The translations under genes were made by a program, and so were the position numbers. 33,000 bases of DNA from Antechinus flavipes. Its lineage: Eukaryota. Every line of letters starts with the position of its first letter. Position 1 is the stretch's first letter. Under the pieces are notes generated by a model, which had not been told where the DNA came from, did no database searches, and saw only the letters and a list, made by a program, of their open reading frames with translations. Shown piece by piece: positions 21,162 through 33,000 of this stretch. Location of the stretch: positions 31,930,001-31,963,000 of the forward strand of contig NC_067404.1 in NCBI RefSeq assembly GCF_016432865.1. Direction: 5' to 3'.

Positions 21162-23885
21162 AAAAGATCTCTCTCTGGAGGTGGAGAGCACTTTTTCAAT
21201 ATGAGTCCTTTGAATTGTCTCAGATCACTGTCTTGATCAGAGAAGCCAAATCTTTCACAATTGATTGTCATTATAACATTGCTGTTATTGTACATAATGT
21301 TCTTTGGTTCTTCTCACCTCATTCTACCATGCTTTTCTGAAGTGATCCCTCTTGTCATTCCTTATAATACAATAGTACTCCATCACAATCATATGTTGTA
21401 ACTTGTTCAACCATTCCACAATTGATGAACATCCCCTTAATTTCCAGTTCTTTGCCACCACAAAAAGAACTGCCATGAATATTTTTGTACATAAAGGTTC
21501 TTTTCCTTTTTCCTTGGTAGTAATGCTAGGTCAAGGAGTGCAGCGTTAGAGCTCTTTGGACCCAGTTCCAAATGGTTCTCCAGAATGGTTGACCCAGTTC
21601 ACTACTCTACCAACTATTCATTAATATACCTCTTCCTCTCACCTTCTCTAGCATTTGTCATTTTTGATAGGTGTGAGATGATACCTCAGAGTTGTTTTAA
21701 TTTGCCTTGCTCTAATAAATAGTGATTTACAACATTTTTAATATGACTCTAGATGGCTTTGATTTTTTGATTTCTTTGATTTTCTGAAAACTGCCTGTTT
21801 ATGTCCTTTGACCATTTATCAACTGAGGAATGACTCTTCTTTTTATAAATTTGACTCAGTTCTATACTTAGTATATATTTGATAAATGAAACTTTATTAG
21901 AGAAACATGCTATAAAATTGTTTTGATGTTACTTCATTGCCTGTGGTACCTTTTAGCAAAATATAGTTTCCCTGACTATCTCTGTTAATTAGCTCTATAG
22001 TTGCTTTTGCTTTGTGTGAGATCATAATTGCTACCTCTACCTTTTTTACTTCAGCTGAAGCATATTGGATCCTGCTCCAGCCCTTTATTTTAACTCTGTG
22101 TGTATCTTTCTGTTTCAAATGTGTCTCTTGAAGATAGTAATCCATTCTGCTATCTGCTTCCATTTTAGGTGTAAGATCATCCCATTCACATTCAAAGTTA
22201 TGATTCCAAATCATGTTTTTCTCTTCATCTCACTTTCTTGTGTTTTTTTCTTGTCCCTCTCTTTTTATTTGAACCAATTCCAATGAATGAGGTTCAAGCA
22301 TTGCCCTCTGCCCATTTTCTCCTTCACTGTAAAAGCTTTTCCTTTCATGCTTCTTTTATGGGAGAAAATTTTCCCCATTCTGCCTCTCCCTTCATCCTTC
22401 TCAGGAACATCCTTCCTTCTCATTTCTTCAGGTTTTTTTTGGAGATCGTTCTAACATAATCAACTCACAAATGCGGTCTCTATATACATAGGAGAGGAAT
22501 GAATGAGGAATCAGACCACTTGAGGTGAATGAGAAGATTCTGGCAGACAACATTAGGAAGGCTGAACTGAGCAAATCAGTTAAGCCCTGGGGTCTTTCAT
22601 CAAGAGCTGGAAGGGGTCTTAAACACCATCTTGTCCTTCATCTGTCCACAGATGAAGAAAGTGAGGCCCAGAGAGGTGAGGTATCCAAGGGCATACAAAT
22701 AGTAATCAAATGGAGTGAAATTTGAACCAGGGATTTGGGGGCCTTTCTATGGGTCTCTGTGACCTTGGCAAGTAAAACAAGGGAGTCTATTGCTAAGGTC
22801 CCTCTAAGTTGCAAATCTAGGGTCTTACAGATGGAATGGTCCTAAAGAAGTTTCCATTCTATAACCTTTCCAAGGTACGATCAATTTGAAATCTGATACC
22901 TGTTTCTGGTTCTTGCATTGCCAAGCCATTGTCATCTTTGAGATACCTCTGGGTCCACCCCTTTTCCAAGAATCCCCGGACCTGGTCATTATAGCTGAGA
23001 ATGATGGGAAATATTCACTTTTATGAAAAGAATAAATTCACAAATAATATAGAGGTACCCAAAGTTAAGGTAACAGAATGTTAAAAGGGGAACTTTCTGG
23101 CCTGAAGAATTTGTGCAGTATTTGATTTTTAATCGATGCCACAAATATTGAGTTTAATAGAGACAGGATTGTACAATAGCTGTATCATTGGCTCTACAGT
23201 TAGATGTTATGGGTATACGTTGTTCCTCCAATGGTTGCTACTTGCATCACTTATCTTTAGCCAAATCACTTCTCTCTCAGCTCAGTTTCCTCTTCTGTAA
23301 AATGAGGGATTTGACCAGGTGGCCTCCAGCTCCAGATGCTTGTGTGTGATCTTGGCAAGTCACTGTCCCTCCCAGGGCCTCAGTTTCCTCTATGGCACTC
23401 TTATCATGAAGCTTTTCCAAGTATTTCCCAGTATCCCAAGTATCACCCCAACTTGCCTAAACTAGCCATCAGACAACTTTTGAGGGTTGGGGTTGGGGGC
23501 TGGAAGGGGGAAGATAAGGGAGTCTGGGAAGGAGACAATGATGGTATTTAGCATCATGGAAGGGAATATATGGGGAAAGAGAAAGTTAACTCTTATTCCT
23601 TCACATTGGGGAATTCCTACTTTCTGACTTGGAGAACAGAATCCAGTGGGAAATTCCTTTTCAGGCAGAATGTCTTTAAGCAAGAAGCATGAGTCAGTTT
23701 GTGCTAAGGGGCCTGGGATTGCTTACCTAATGATAGCGGAGAAGATGGAAAGGGTTAGTACCAGGAACTATATGTTAACTGATAGTATGACTCAACACCA
23801 CTGTGTGCCTTGAAGTGTTTGGGTACGCCCACTCCTTCATGTTTGTGTCATATACAAATGTTTGTCATGGAAGACCCTGCGTTGG

Positions 23886-23887
<2 letters not shown>

Positions 23888-23930
<43 letters not shown>

Positions 23931-23963
23931 CACACATACACAGACACAGACACACACACACAC
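23888..23963. repeat. (CA)n compound microsatellite
   Basis: Direct read. It explains the THTHTH ORFs. Confidence 0.97.
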
Positions 23964-24662
23964 CTCTAACCCAAAGAGGCCTAGGACCTAACAATCAATT
24001 CTTTCCACTCCCCAGAGGCAAGGTTTGATTTTTTTTTTAAATAAGAAAATTAAGCCAAACACCTATTGGCATAACGCCAAGATGAGGTCGGTTCCTTAGT
24101 TTCATTATGTAGGACTTGTTAAAGGCTTTATGAATAATAATCTTGAAACCACAAAATCTCTGAGCAGGAAAGTACTTTAAGTACCATCTAGCTAAGCCTG
24201 TACCAGAACAGAAAGTTGTTTTACAAGTATACTAAAAGCTGGTCATCCATTTGCTTTTGAAAACAACTAGTGATGGGAAATCCAGTACCCTAGAGGCAGT
24301 CCATTTGTGTAGGCAAAAAAAAAGGTACTTCTTCCCAGTACTCAATACCCTGTCACTGAGCTTAATTCCCAGAAAACTGAGGAGTAGAGTGCTGTGAGCA
24401 GACTGAGATCTCAGATGGCACTTCCATTGTAGCTTGCTTCATGGAAATAGTAATGGAGATATTTCCTGGGATAGAGACCCCCCATGATTCATTCTTTACA
24501 TTTGCCCATGTCAGGTGACTTGAAATAATAAATCTAAGATGCAAATCGATGACAGATGGTAGCATTGAAAGGGAAGTTGCGAGATAAATCCTAGAATCTC
24601 AGAATTGGAAGAGACTTCAAAGGCTACACAGCCCAACCAGTACTAGAATAAGATTCCATTCT

Positions 24663-24850
24663 TTTTTTTTTATCTGCTCTTTTTTATGATTTGTTTTTTT
24701 ATTATAGCTTTTTTATTGACAGAACATGTGCATGAGTAATTTTTCAACATTGTGCCTTGCACTCACTTCTATTCTGACTTTTCCTTTCCCTCCCTCCACC
24801 CCCTCCCCTAGATGGCTGGCAGTCTCATACATTTAAACAAGTCAAAGTAT
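24663..24850 (-). mobile_element. 5'-truncated L1 3' end inside a CR1/MIR3-like relic
   Basis: Poly(T) then reverse 3' UTR. 16-bp TSD AATAAGATTCCATTCT at 24647-24662 and 24851-24866. Confidence 0.9.
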
Positions 24851-25169
24851 AATAAGATTCCATTCTACAGAATTACCACGAATGGTCATCTAACTTTTGC
24901 TTGAAGACTTCTAATGAGGGGCAAACCGCCATCTCCCAAGAAGAACAAATCCAACCCTTCTTTTTACGAGAAACCCTTCAAATGCTTGCAAACTATTCTC
25001 ACATCACCCTTGAGTCTTCTCTGGGCTAGACTTCCCCAGTTCCTTCAGCCAGTCTTTATATGGCTTCAACTCAAATTCCCTCACCATCCTGGTCATGCTC
25101 CTTAGTTCTGGATATTCTACATTTTTCCATGTAGCTTGAGAGCAACCATAGAACATTGGTAATAATGCT

Positions 25170-25850
25170 AATGATGCTAAATGCTATTTCTATAGCCCCT
25201 CAAGGTTTCTAAAGCACTTTATGTACATTACTTCACTGGGTCTTCATAGCAACCCTTTGAATTATGTATCACACGTATCGTTACTTACATTTTATAGTTG
25301 GGAAAACTGAGGCTCTTGGAGGTTAATAGACACAAAGCTGGGAAATGTCCATGATAGTATTCAAACCCATATATTTCCAGACTCCAAGGTCAATCCTCTT
25401 TCAAAATACCACAACTGTCTCTAGATGTTGACTCACACTGAACCTGCAGTTCACTAAGACTCACAGATCTTTTTCATTGAAACCACTGGCTACTTGTAGC
25501 TCTCACATATTGTATTTTTGAAGTTGATCTTTTGGTGCCCCACGTATAAGAGATCAATGGTGCAGTGGAAAGAATGTTGGATTTGGCATCAGAATACCTG
25601 ACTTTGAATCTCAACTCTGTTATTTACCACCTGAATGATCTTGGTGAAGTCCCTTCCCCTTCTTGGACCTCAGTTTCTTCTGTGGAATGAGTGAGATGAA
25701 TCAGATGAATTATAGGATTCCTTTCAACTCTCCTTCTTGGATCCTGTGTGTGATCTTGGTCGAGACACTACCTCACCTCTATGTTTCCTGCTCCGTAAAA
25801 TAAGAGGGGCTAGACGCGATAGCCTCTGAGGTTTCTTCCAGCTCTGATGT
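25170..25850. mobile_element. Cluster of MIR-type SINEs (minus ~25170-25400; plus ~25550-25850)
   Basis: CORE motifs GGAAAACTGAGGCTC and GGACCTCAGTTTCTTC. Confidence 0.7.
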
Positions 25851-26599
25851 GGGAATTTATTCTCTCTATTCTGTCATGTTAAATCTGGGCCATAGAAACT
25901 TTTACCTGAGTCATACATATAAATGATGACTAATAAAGGGTCCAAAGATATACCTCTTGGAGTATTCCACTAGAGATCTCCCTCAAAGATGAACTTGAGG
26001 CATTAGCAATTTGAGCTGGTCATTTGTCTCTTCTGAATTCATATAACTGTACTATTGTCCAGATCCCATCTGTGCATCTTGTCCACAGAGATAAGATGGG
26101 AAACTTTGTCAAATGGGTTGCTGAAATCTAAGTATACTACATTTAACAGCATCTTTCAAATCTAAGAAAAGAAGTTAGTCTGGTATGACCTATTCTCTCT
26201 CAGCTAGAATTTTCTCTGTCTGTCTCTCTCATACCATTTTATTCTCCTTTTATATCATTCTAAGTTGCATAATATTTATCTCTGAGTTTTTCCTATATTA
26301 GACTATAAGCACTTTTAGGGCTGAATCGCTGCTATTTTTCATCCTTGTAGCTCTCCCAGGTCCTGGAAGAGACAGCATGGTGCACTTGAGAGAACAGTAC
26401 ACTGTCAGGTAGGACAGCTATATCTGTGACCTGGTTCCACCATTTACTAGCCGGGAAACCTTAGAAAAGTCAATTTGCCAATTTGAGCTTTAGTTTCTTC
26501 ATGCATAAAATGGAAGTATTTATAGCACCTAGCTCGTAGAATTGTTGTGAGGTTTGCTCCCATAAAACACCTCATCCATCCTCAATCCAACATTTACTA

Positions 26600-27130
26600 A
26601 ATGCTCACAATCTATTTTTAATAGTATGTCCTAGAATTTTGCCAGGAATCAGACTGAAGGCCCACAGACCTCCGGTTTGTATATTCTATCCTTTTCCTAA
26701 AAAATGGGGACATTTCTCTATCTCCAGTCCTTTTTCAATTATCACCAAGAGTCATTCATTAGTTGGACCTAGCAGTTGTTATTTCAGTGCTGAAAGATGG
26801 ATAGTTCATGTGGGTCTAATGGCTTGAATTCATTAAGAACAGCTAGGTTTTCTCTGCCTAGTAGTTTGCATATTGTAGGTTTCAATTCCCTGCTAACCAT
26901 TTTTTGTTCCATCCTTCCCATTCCAAAGATATATCTCCTTGGCAGTGAAAAGAGATGCAAAATGGGAGTTGAGTAGTTTTGTCTTTTCGCCATCATCCAT
27001 TATCATTAGCCCTTCTTTGATGTCCCTTCTTCTCCAAACATAGCTTTTGAAAAAGTCCATTTTGTAATTCATAGTCAGTGGCAGCCTGTTCTGAGCTTTA
27101 ACACTTATGACATTGTTCTTAGAAGACCAT
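26600..27130 (-). mobile_element. CR1/L3 ORF2 fragment
   Basis: Minus-strand peptide LAVLNEFKPLDPHEL resembles the CR1 motif LxxLNEFKSPGPDELHP. Confidence 0.7.
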
Positions 27131-28329
27131 TCTACGAGTTGAGGGACATTGAAGCTCTGTGTCTGTTGGCAGACATAAATTCCCCAGTGTCTGTCTACTC
27201 GGTCCCCTGGGGGCTGGGACTGTTTGTGAAAGGTCAGTCTCCCTGCCTCTCATCAGAAAGGACTAGCAGAGCTGAAACCTGGCAAGGGGCAAGAAGTGAG
27301 CAAACATGTAGGGGAAGGGCAGGAAAAGTTAGCCCTGAGGAGCATGGGTCTGTGTGACTCAGGCTGAGTAAAAGACAAGAGTGACTGCAGTGGCCATGGA
27401 AACAGAACCTGGTGAATTATGCAGCCTCATCCTCTGTTTCTTCCCCCACTCGGATATTCTCTGAGGAGAGATGAATCTACTGTATCAATCCTTGTTCATT
27501 AAGAACCTCTTTGCTTTCTGCTTTGCCATTTACTTTAAAAGAAATTGGTTTCTCTCAGACTGTGGTCATTATTACTGTATTAATTTTTGTGTGCCCTTGT
27601 CAGGTAAGGTACCCCAGGAGAGAGATGGATAGATTTTCATAACTGTTGGGAACATTCACAGTATGAAGTCTCAGGGCTAGATTGGAAAAAAAGAGATTTT
27701 ATTGATTCATATTTTATAACTTCTCATACAGAGAGGAAGATTAAGTAAATTCCGACCAAAAGAAACCCAGGCCCAACTGAGCAGTCCCTCTGTGGGAAGA
27801 ACTGGAGTTGGCTTTGCTGAGTCCAATTGTTTCAGCCATCTTTCATCCCTTTATCCTTCTAGTATAGGCTAAAGAACCTGGTTTCCCCTCTCTCCAGGGG
27901 CAGAGGTGAGAGCTCTGACTAGAGAGAAAGTCGCCCGAGGAAGGAGTTGGGAACTTAGAGTCCTGCTCATAAGAAGAGAGGGGAGAATAAAAAGAGAGGA
28001 ACTAATTTTCCCATTCACCAACACTTTCACTTTTCCCCCTCTGCTCCCATACTGCTGAAAGAATATAATTTACCATTAGGTACTCCTTTGTTATCATCTT
28101 TTGGCTTTTGTCCTTGATTCTGTAACAGCCCCATGGCTTAGTAGGGGGTGAGTTCACCCTCTCCCACTGAGGGATCCTAGTTTTAGCTTCATGCAGATAA
28201 GATTCATTTCTTAGTGAATCCTGAAAATAGAGGATCAGGTTTCCCCCCCCACACACACACATTGTCTTGGGCTGACTGCCACGGAGTGGAACTCTGGAGA
28301 TAATTTCTTAAACAAAGCTTAGGTTCTGG

Positions 28330-29640
28330 CTTGTGTTGAGCATCTCCCCAAAAAAGCTTTCTAGGGTCCTTTCCAGAAGGGTACTTAATGGATATAGATG
28401 TAAATATGTTAAAAGTAGATCAGTGCACTTGTCTACACTGTTGTCTACATTTGAATCCCTTGCCCCTTTATTTTCTCATGATTGTACTTTGCCAAGCTCT
28501 GACTTTAGATTCCTCCTATCATCTAATGACTCAGCTCCTACTCACATGCTGCCGAACCAATGTAGAGAAAGTTACAAAACCATGACCCCCATTGACTTAT
28601 AAATTTGGGGTACACTCTCAATTAAGCTCACATTGAAGCAAGACTATTTTTCATATCATCCTAATTAGTTAACTCTCCCAATCACTACAATGGGCATTCC
28701 AAATCTTTTTATCCCTCCTCAAAAGTTCCATGGTATTCCCTCCCCACCATCCTCTCAGCTGAAAAACTCGGGTCATAGATTACCAAAAAGAAATGCAGGC
28801 CATTTTCTTTCTCCCTTCCTCTTCATCTCTTATCACCCAGATGTCTTCCCTCCCTTTCTCCTCTTTTGCCCCTGTATCACAAGAAGAGGGAACCCTTCTT
28901 TCTCCTTGCCAAGACAAACCGCTCTATGTGAAAACCTGATTCCATCTCCTCCCATCTTCTCCAGCAGATCTCCCCTTCTTTTGTCCCTACTCTCTCACTA
29001 AACTTCAACCTCCCTCTATCAATAAGGAAGTTTCCTTGTTGTTTCCCACAAACATGGCCTTACCTCCCCTGATCCTCAAAAAACCCTTATGGGGGCATAC
29101 CATCCCTGTTAGCTCTTATCCTGGATCTCTCCTCCTTTTCAAAGTCAAACTGCTGGAGAATGTTCTTTCTATACAGCTCCCCTTCCACATCACAGGGATT
29201 AGGGGCATGGCATCCCCCCCCCATCTGAAAAATCCACATAAAAATTTCTCCTTGTACCAGAGATGAAGTCGCAATTATTATATTATTAATATAGCGATAG
29301 CATACAATACTAAACTATATTTGATACATTTCTGACTTTCTAAACTTTTTCTGTATTGTCTGTTGACCTTCTCATGTCATCTGTAGCTTCCATTAAACTA
29401 CTCCAAAATTCCTATATAATTTCTTAGGCCAACCCATGACACATAGAAACTGTAATAGAGAAAGCTGCAATGTAGAAGGAATAACCATAATATCTGCTTC
29501 CTTTCATATCACTGCAATCTGGGATCTGACCCCATCATTCTCCCCAAATCACCAAATCCGATGGCCTTTCCTCGACCTTCATCCTTCTTCCTTCTGAATT
29601 CTCTCCCTCCTTACCTCTACCTCCTGGCTTCCCTCAAGGC
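28330..29640 (+). mobile_element. L2 ORF2-region fragment, interrupted by a MITE
   Basis: Pyrimidine-rich, with AAACCATGACCCCCATTGACTTATAAATTT, CCTTTTCAAAGTCAAACTGCTGGAG and CCAAATCCGATGGCCTTT L2 motifs. Confidence 0.7.
29172..29489 (+). mobile_element. Tigger/pogo-like MITE
   Basis: TA-CAGCTCCCCTTCCACATCAC ... GCAATGTAGAAGGAATAACCA-TA imperfect TIRs. Same family as 6047-6340. Confidence 0.7.
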
Positions 29641-29734
29641 TAAGTTCAATTTGCATCTACCGTGGGAGGTGTTTACTGGCTCCCCACCTGCACCTCCTAT
29701 GGAAGGAGTTGGGAAAGGTTCCTTCCAGGAACTT

Positions 29735-29965
29735 GGGGCAGTTAGGTATCAGCGGATAGAGTGCTGGGCCCGGAGTCAGGAAAACTCCTCTCTAGCTGAC
29801 TTCAAATCTGACCTCCTCTACTTACTTGACTGGGTGATCCCAGGCAAGTCACTTCACCCTGTTTGTTTCAATCCCTCATCTGTCAAATGAGCGGGAAAAG
29901 GCAAATCACTCCAGTATTTTTGCTGAGGAAATCCCAAATGGGGTCACATGAGTAAAACAAGCATA
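29735..29965 (+). mobile_element. Mar1-type SINE
   Basis: GGGGCAGTTAGGT head, CORE and ACTCCAGTATTTTTGC...CCCAAATGGGGTCAC tail. Confidence 0.85.
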
Positions 29966-31799
29966 GTTTATTTGCATGTTATCTCCCTCTTTAAAATGTC
30001 AGCTCCTTGAGGGCAGAGACCATGTTTTTGGACTTTCCTTGCATCCCCAGTACTTAGCATGGTGCCTGGAACATAGTAAGCACTGAATAAATTCTTGTTG
30101 ACTAGATCACATTTAGGACAACGATTTAATTTCCTGTCACAAAAATGCTTAAAACCCCAAAGACTTGTAAACACACTTTGACAAATACTTCAAACATTAT
30201 AGACCGATCCGTCATCATTCGACTTTCCCAGGAGGAGGACGCTTACAACATTAAAATGTGAACCACCTTGTTGAACAAGCATATCAATTTCATCTTGACT
30301 CTTCCTGTTCCAAACAACTTCCTCAAGGCCTATATATATTCCAGGGAGCCAAGACTTGTTGGCTAATCTTCATGTCGGTGGTCATTCTCTCCTCCAAAAT
30401 TCAGTGCCATAGCTACAGGAGGCACTCCCGCTGCGCAACTAGCACTCAGACTGATGAGCAAATCGCAATATTGCCAGCAATGCTAGAGATATCCGTCTCA
30501 GGATCCCTGTTTGATCACCTGAGTTCGGGAAGCCAAATAAAATGCAGAAGAGGCAAGTAGAGACTTGAGGTCCAATTCCCAGCTCTTCGAAGCTAGCAAG
30601 TGTGCTTTCTGTCACATTAGGCAGTCCCCTCCCTCCCTCCCAAAAGAATTCCAAGGGAGAACTTTTAGACTCTTAAACCATGCATTCGATAAAGGACAGT
30701 GAGTGGAAATCATCTTTTTCTTTAAGGACTGTTGCTATTCATTGGTTAATGTTTCTTGCTGCAACAGCATGGGGTGGGTGTGAAGGAGCACACGTGGGTA
30801 CAAGCTAGAAGCCTCTGATTGTGCACGACTTTTTATGCTAAAGCATATGTCTACCGGGAAACATATGATGGGCCAGGCCCCTAGTAGAACTAGGGAGCTC
30901 CACACTCCCACAGTACCATCCCACACTAGCGTAACTCAAACCTGTACAGCAACCCTATGGCGGTCTGAGTTAACTTTGCTTCCGGGGGGGATTTACGTGG
31001 GACCCAGATGTGGGTCATTTGGGCAAGGGAGGTATCAAAACAGTTGCAGGATTATCTTGGAGTAATCCTAAAATCCCAGGGAACTCCCTGTGAGTGCTTT
31101 TCTTCTCTTCCTTGGTGACTTTGATCTGATTTTACTTTCTGGGACTGCTTTTTTTCTTAACCACTTTGGGGACTGCTTTCATCAAGAGAATGTTAGATGT
31201 GCTTTTATTAAAGGGATTCTTTATCCGAACCCTCAGGCTCTGTGTGATTCCAGGTGTGGAATCACAATGAAGACCCAAGTGGACAAGTTATGGGCACATC
31301 CATGGGATGCTGCCCCTACCAGGACACGTTCTGGAAATGGCCAAGGTATAGGACCCTCCCCAAGCACGTGCCATGGGAGAGCCGCCTTTACAATTCCATC
31401 TTCTGAGCATTCATTTTAAAAGTCAATGAATCCATCATGTATCCAACAATACCAAAAACTTCCATTGCTACATCTCCATCTCCATGTTACTTCAATAACT
31501 CCTTCTTGTCAGCTTCTGAAAATCATGGGATTTTGTCCAGATGAAATGTTTTAACAAAGGCTCTAAAGTTTGCTCTAAGTAATTGCCTGGAGGCAATTGG
31601 GATATTTGCTGAAGTGACCACTATGTTCTTTTTCTCCGGCTCAATACTCTTGTCCTTTTCTTGGCTACCCGAGAGACACAACCATCGAAAATGAGCAGGC
31701 AGACTTTTCCTGGTTCCATCCAAATTTCCTGAAGTGATCTATTTTTAGGAAACCTTAATTTTACTATCTATCTCATCTATATTTCAGGATATATCTCTT

Positions 31800-32380
31800 C
31801 TCCTTGCCTCCCCAGCAAACAATTCCTTGTAATAATGAAGAGAACAAAAATTCATTTCAACAAAGCACATCAACCATATCTGCCAATAAGTACAATAGTC
31901 CACAACTAGAGCCCCCTGCCTTTGCCAAGAAGGACCAGAGTTCCATTTTCTAAACTCTTTTTCTGGAGCCACGCTTGGTCGTAATAATTACACAGCATTT
32001 AATTTCAGTTTGGTTTTTTTTCCAGTTACATCATCATATTGTATATATTCTTTTATGCTTATTTCACTTCTCACTGGTTTATGATCTTCCCATATGTCTT
32101 GGATTTTTTTATATTTGCTATTTCTTACTGTGCAATTATATTTTGTGACATTCACATGCCACAATTTATTCAGTTATTCCCCAACGCATGGGCATCTATT
32201 TGTTTCTAGTCCTCTGCTAACACAAAAACCGTACTAAGAATGTTTTGGCAAATGTGGAACCATTCTTTCTGGTTCTGACTGTCTTGGTACCCCCAAGGGA
32301 TTTGTGTGTCAGAGAGTATGAACCTCTTAGTCATTTTAAAGGCATAATTCCATATTGTTTTCTAAATGAGCTAAACTGAA
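31800..32380 (-). mobile_element. Old L1 3' region
   Basis: CCACAATTTATTCAGTTATTCCCCAA...GGGCATCTATTTGTTTCTAGTCCTCTGCTAACACAAAAA and CATATTGTTTTC antisense-L1 motifs. Confidence 0.7.
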
Positions 32381-33000
32381 TTGGTCTATTTTTATCAGGA
32401 CAATTCTTAGAAATCCAATCAGCAGTGATGAGCTCAGAAACATGACTGATTTCTTTTTCTTTAACATAGATTAGTCAAACCTACCCTGAAAAAGTGTTCT
32501 CACTACTCATTCCATCATGAACTTTGGAACAGCTGCCTATTTGCCCAATTCTCGTGTGTCCCCTAGAACACCATAGTCTAAGAGGAATTTAGGCCCTTTC
32601 CATTGGGACCAAATATATTTTCCATCAGAGTCAACAAAATATTTCTGTTGAGGTGTTTATTAGAAGCACACTTTTTTTTTAAAGGAGCCATTTTGCTTCT
32701 AGAAAATGCATGTTGATATTCATAAGCATTCCCTGTGATTCAACTGATAGCAGGACCTAAGAACCTACAATCTCAGAACTAGAAAAGAATCAGATTATTG
32801 GGGTTCAACAGGTTGGAATTATCCAAAGAGGAAATTATTTATTTTCTTCTTGAAAATGTCCACAGCATCTATCCATTGCTCATTCAAATGTTTGACCCGC
32901 ATATGATCACGGAAAATTCCTCTTCCACCTGAAATTTCCCTGCCTCAGAGTGTTGACAACTCAGTGGTTGCTGTCCCGGTTGGATACTATTGGAGAGAAA

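Larger units (their letters stand above)
20385..22480 (-). mobile_element. Older L1, internally deleted, with nested insertions
   Basis: 3' UTR and ORF2 C-terminal sequence at ~20385-21900 abuts an endonuclease-domain relic (LQETHLKQKDTHRVKIKGWSRI...GNYILLKGT, ~21940-22140). Confidence 0.85.

Noticed and set aside
21897-22214. ORF with endonuclease motifs as a functional or domesticated gene
   Set aside because: It is a truncated, degenerate L1 ORF2 endonuclease relic within a decayed L1.
30439-30654. Minus-strand ORF containing ISLALLAILRFAHQ, reminiscent of TEX13 SLALGVRFAHRQ (TEX13B neighbours VSIG1 in human, as recalled)
   Set aside because: The similarity is limited to ~10 residues, with wrong spacing to upstream motifs and no match downstream. 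The strand is also opposite to that expected from the recalled human arrangement. A tBLASTn with TEX13 proteins would settle it.

Overview
This is eukaryotic, repeat-rich, CpG-depleted mammalian DNA, not a prokaryotic window. The SINE and LINE content (Mar1- and WSINE1-type CORE-SINEs, MIR, L2, CR1/L3, marsupial-type L1 3' ends) points to an Australian marsupial, possibly a dasyurid (inference). The window holds the 5' part of VSIG1 (CTX/A33-like V-set Ig protein) on the minus strand. The signal-peptide exon (18439-18391, 49 nt) and two half-V-domain exons (14973-14810, 164 nt; 579-381, 199 nt) splice in frame with canonical AG/GT sites. The rest of the gene lies left of position 1. Positions ~18.5-33 kb are upstream sequence made mostly of transposon relics, with no other coding gene I can support. 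The two best observations are: (1) an intact 108-nt, phase-0, three-cysteine cassette exon (8512-8405) inside the intron that splits the V domain, which resembles the insert of the long human VSIG1 isoform as I recall it; and (2) a 272-bp, ~97%-identical inverted duplication in intron 1, with one arm embedded in a (TA)n tract, that could fold the pre-mRNA into a long dsRNA stem. Repeat-family names come from recalled consensus sequences, and repeat boundaries are approximate unless target-site duplications (TSDs) are given. Most ORFs in the supplied track are non-coding noise.
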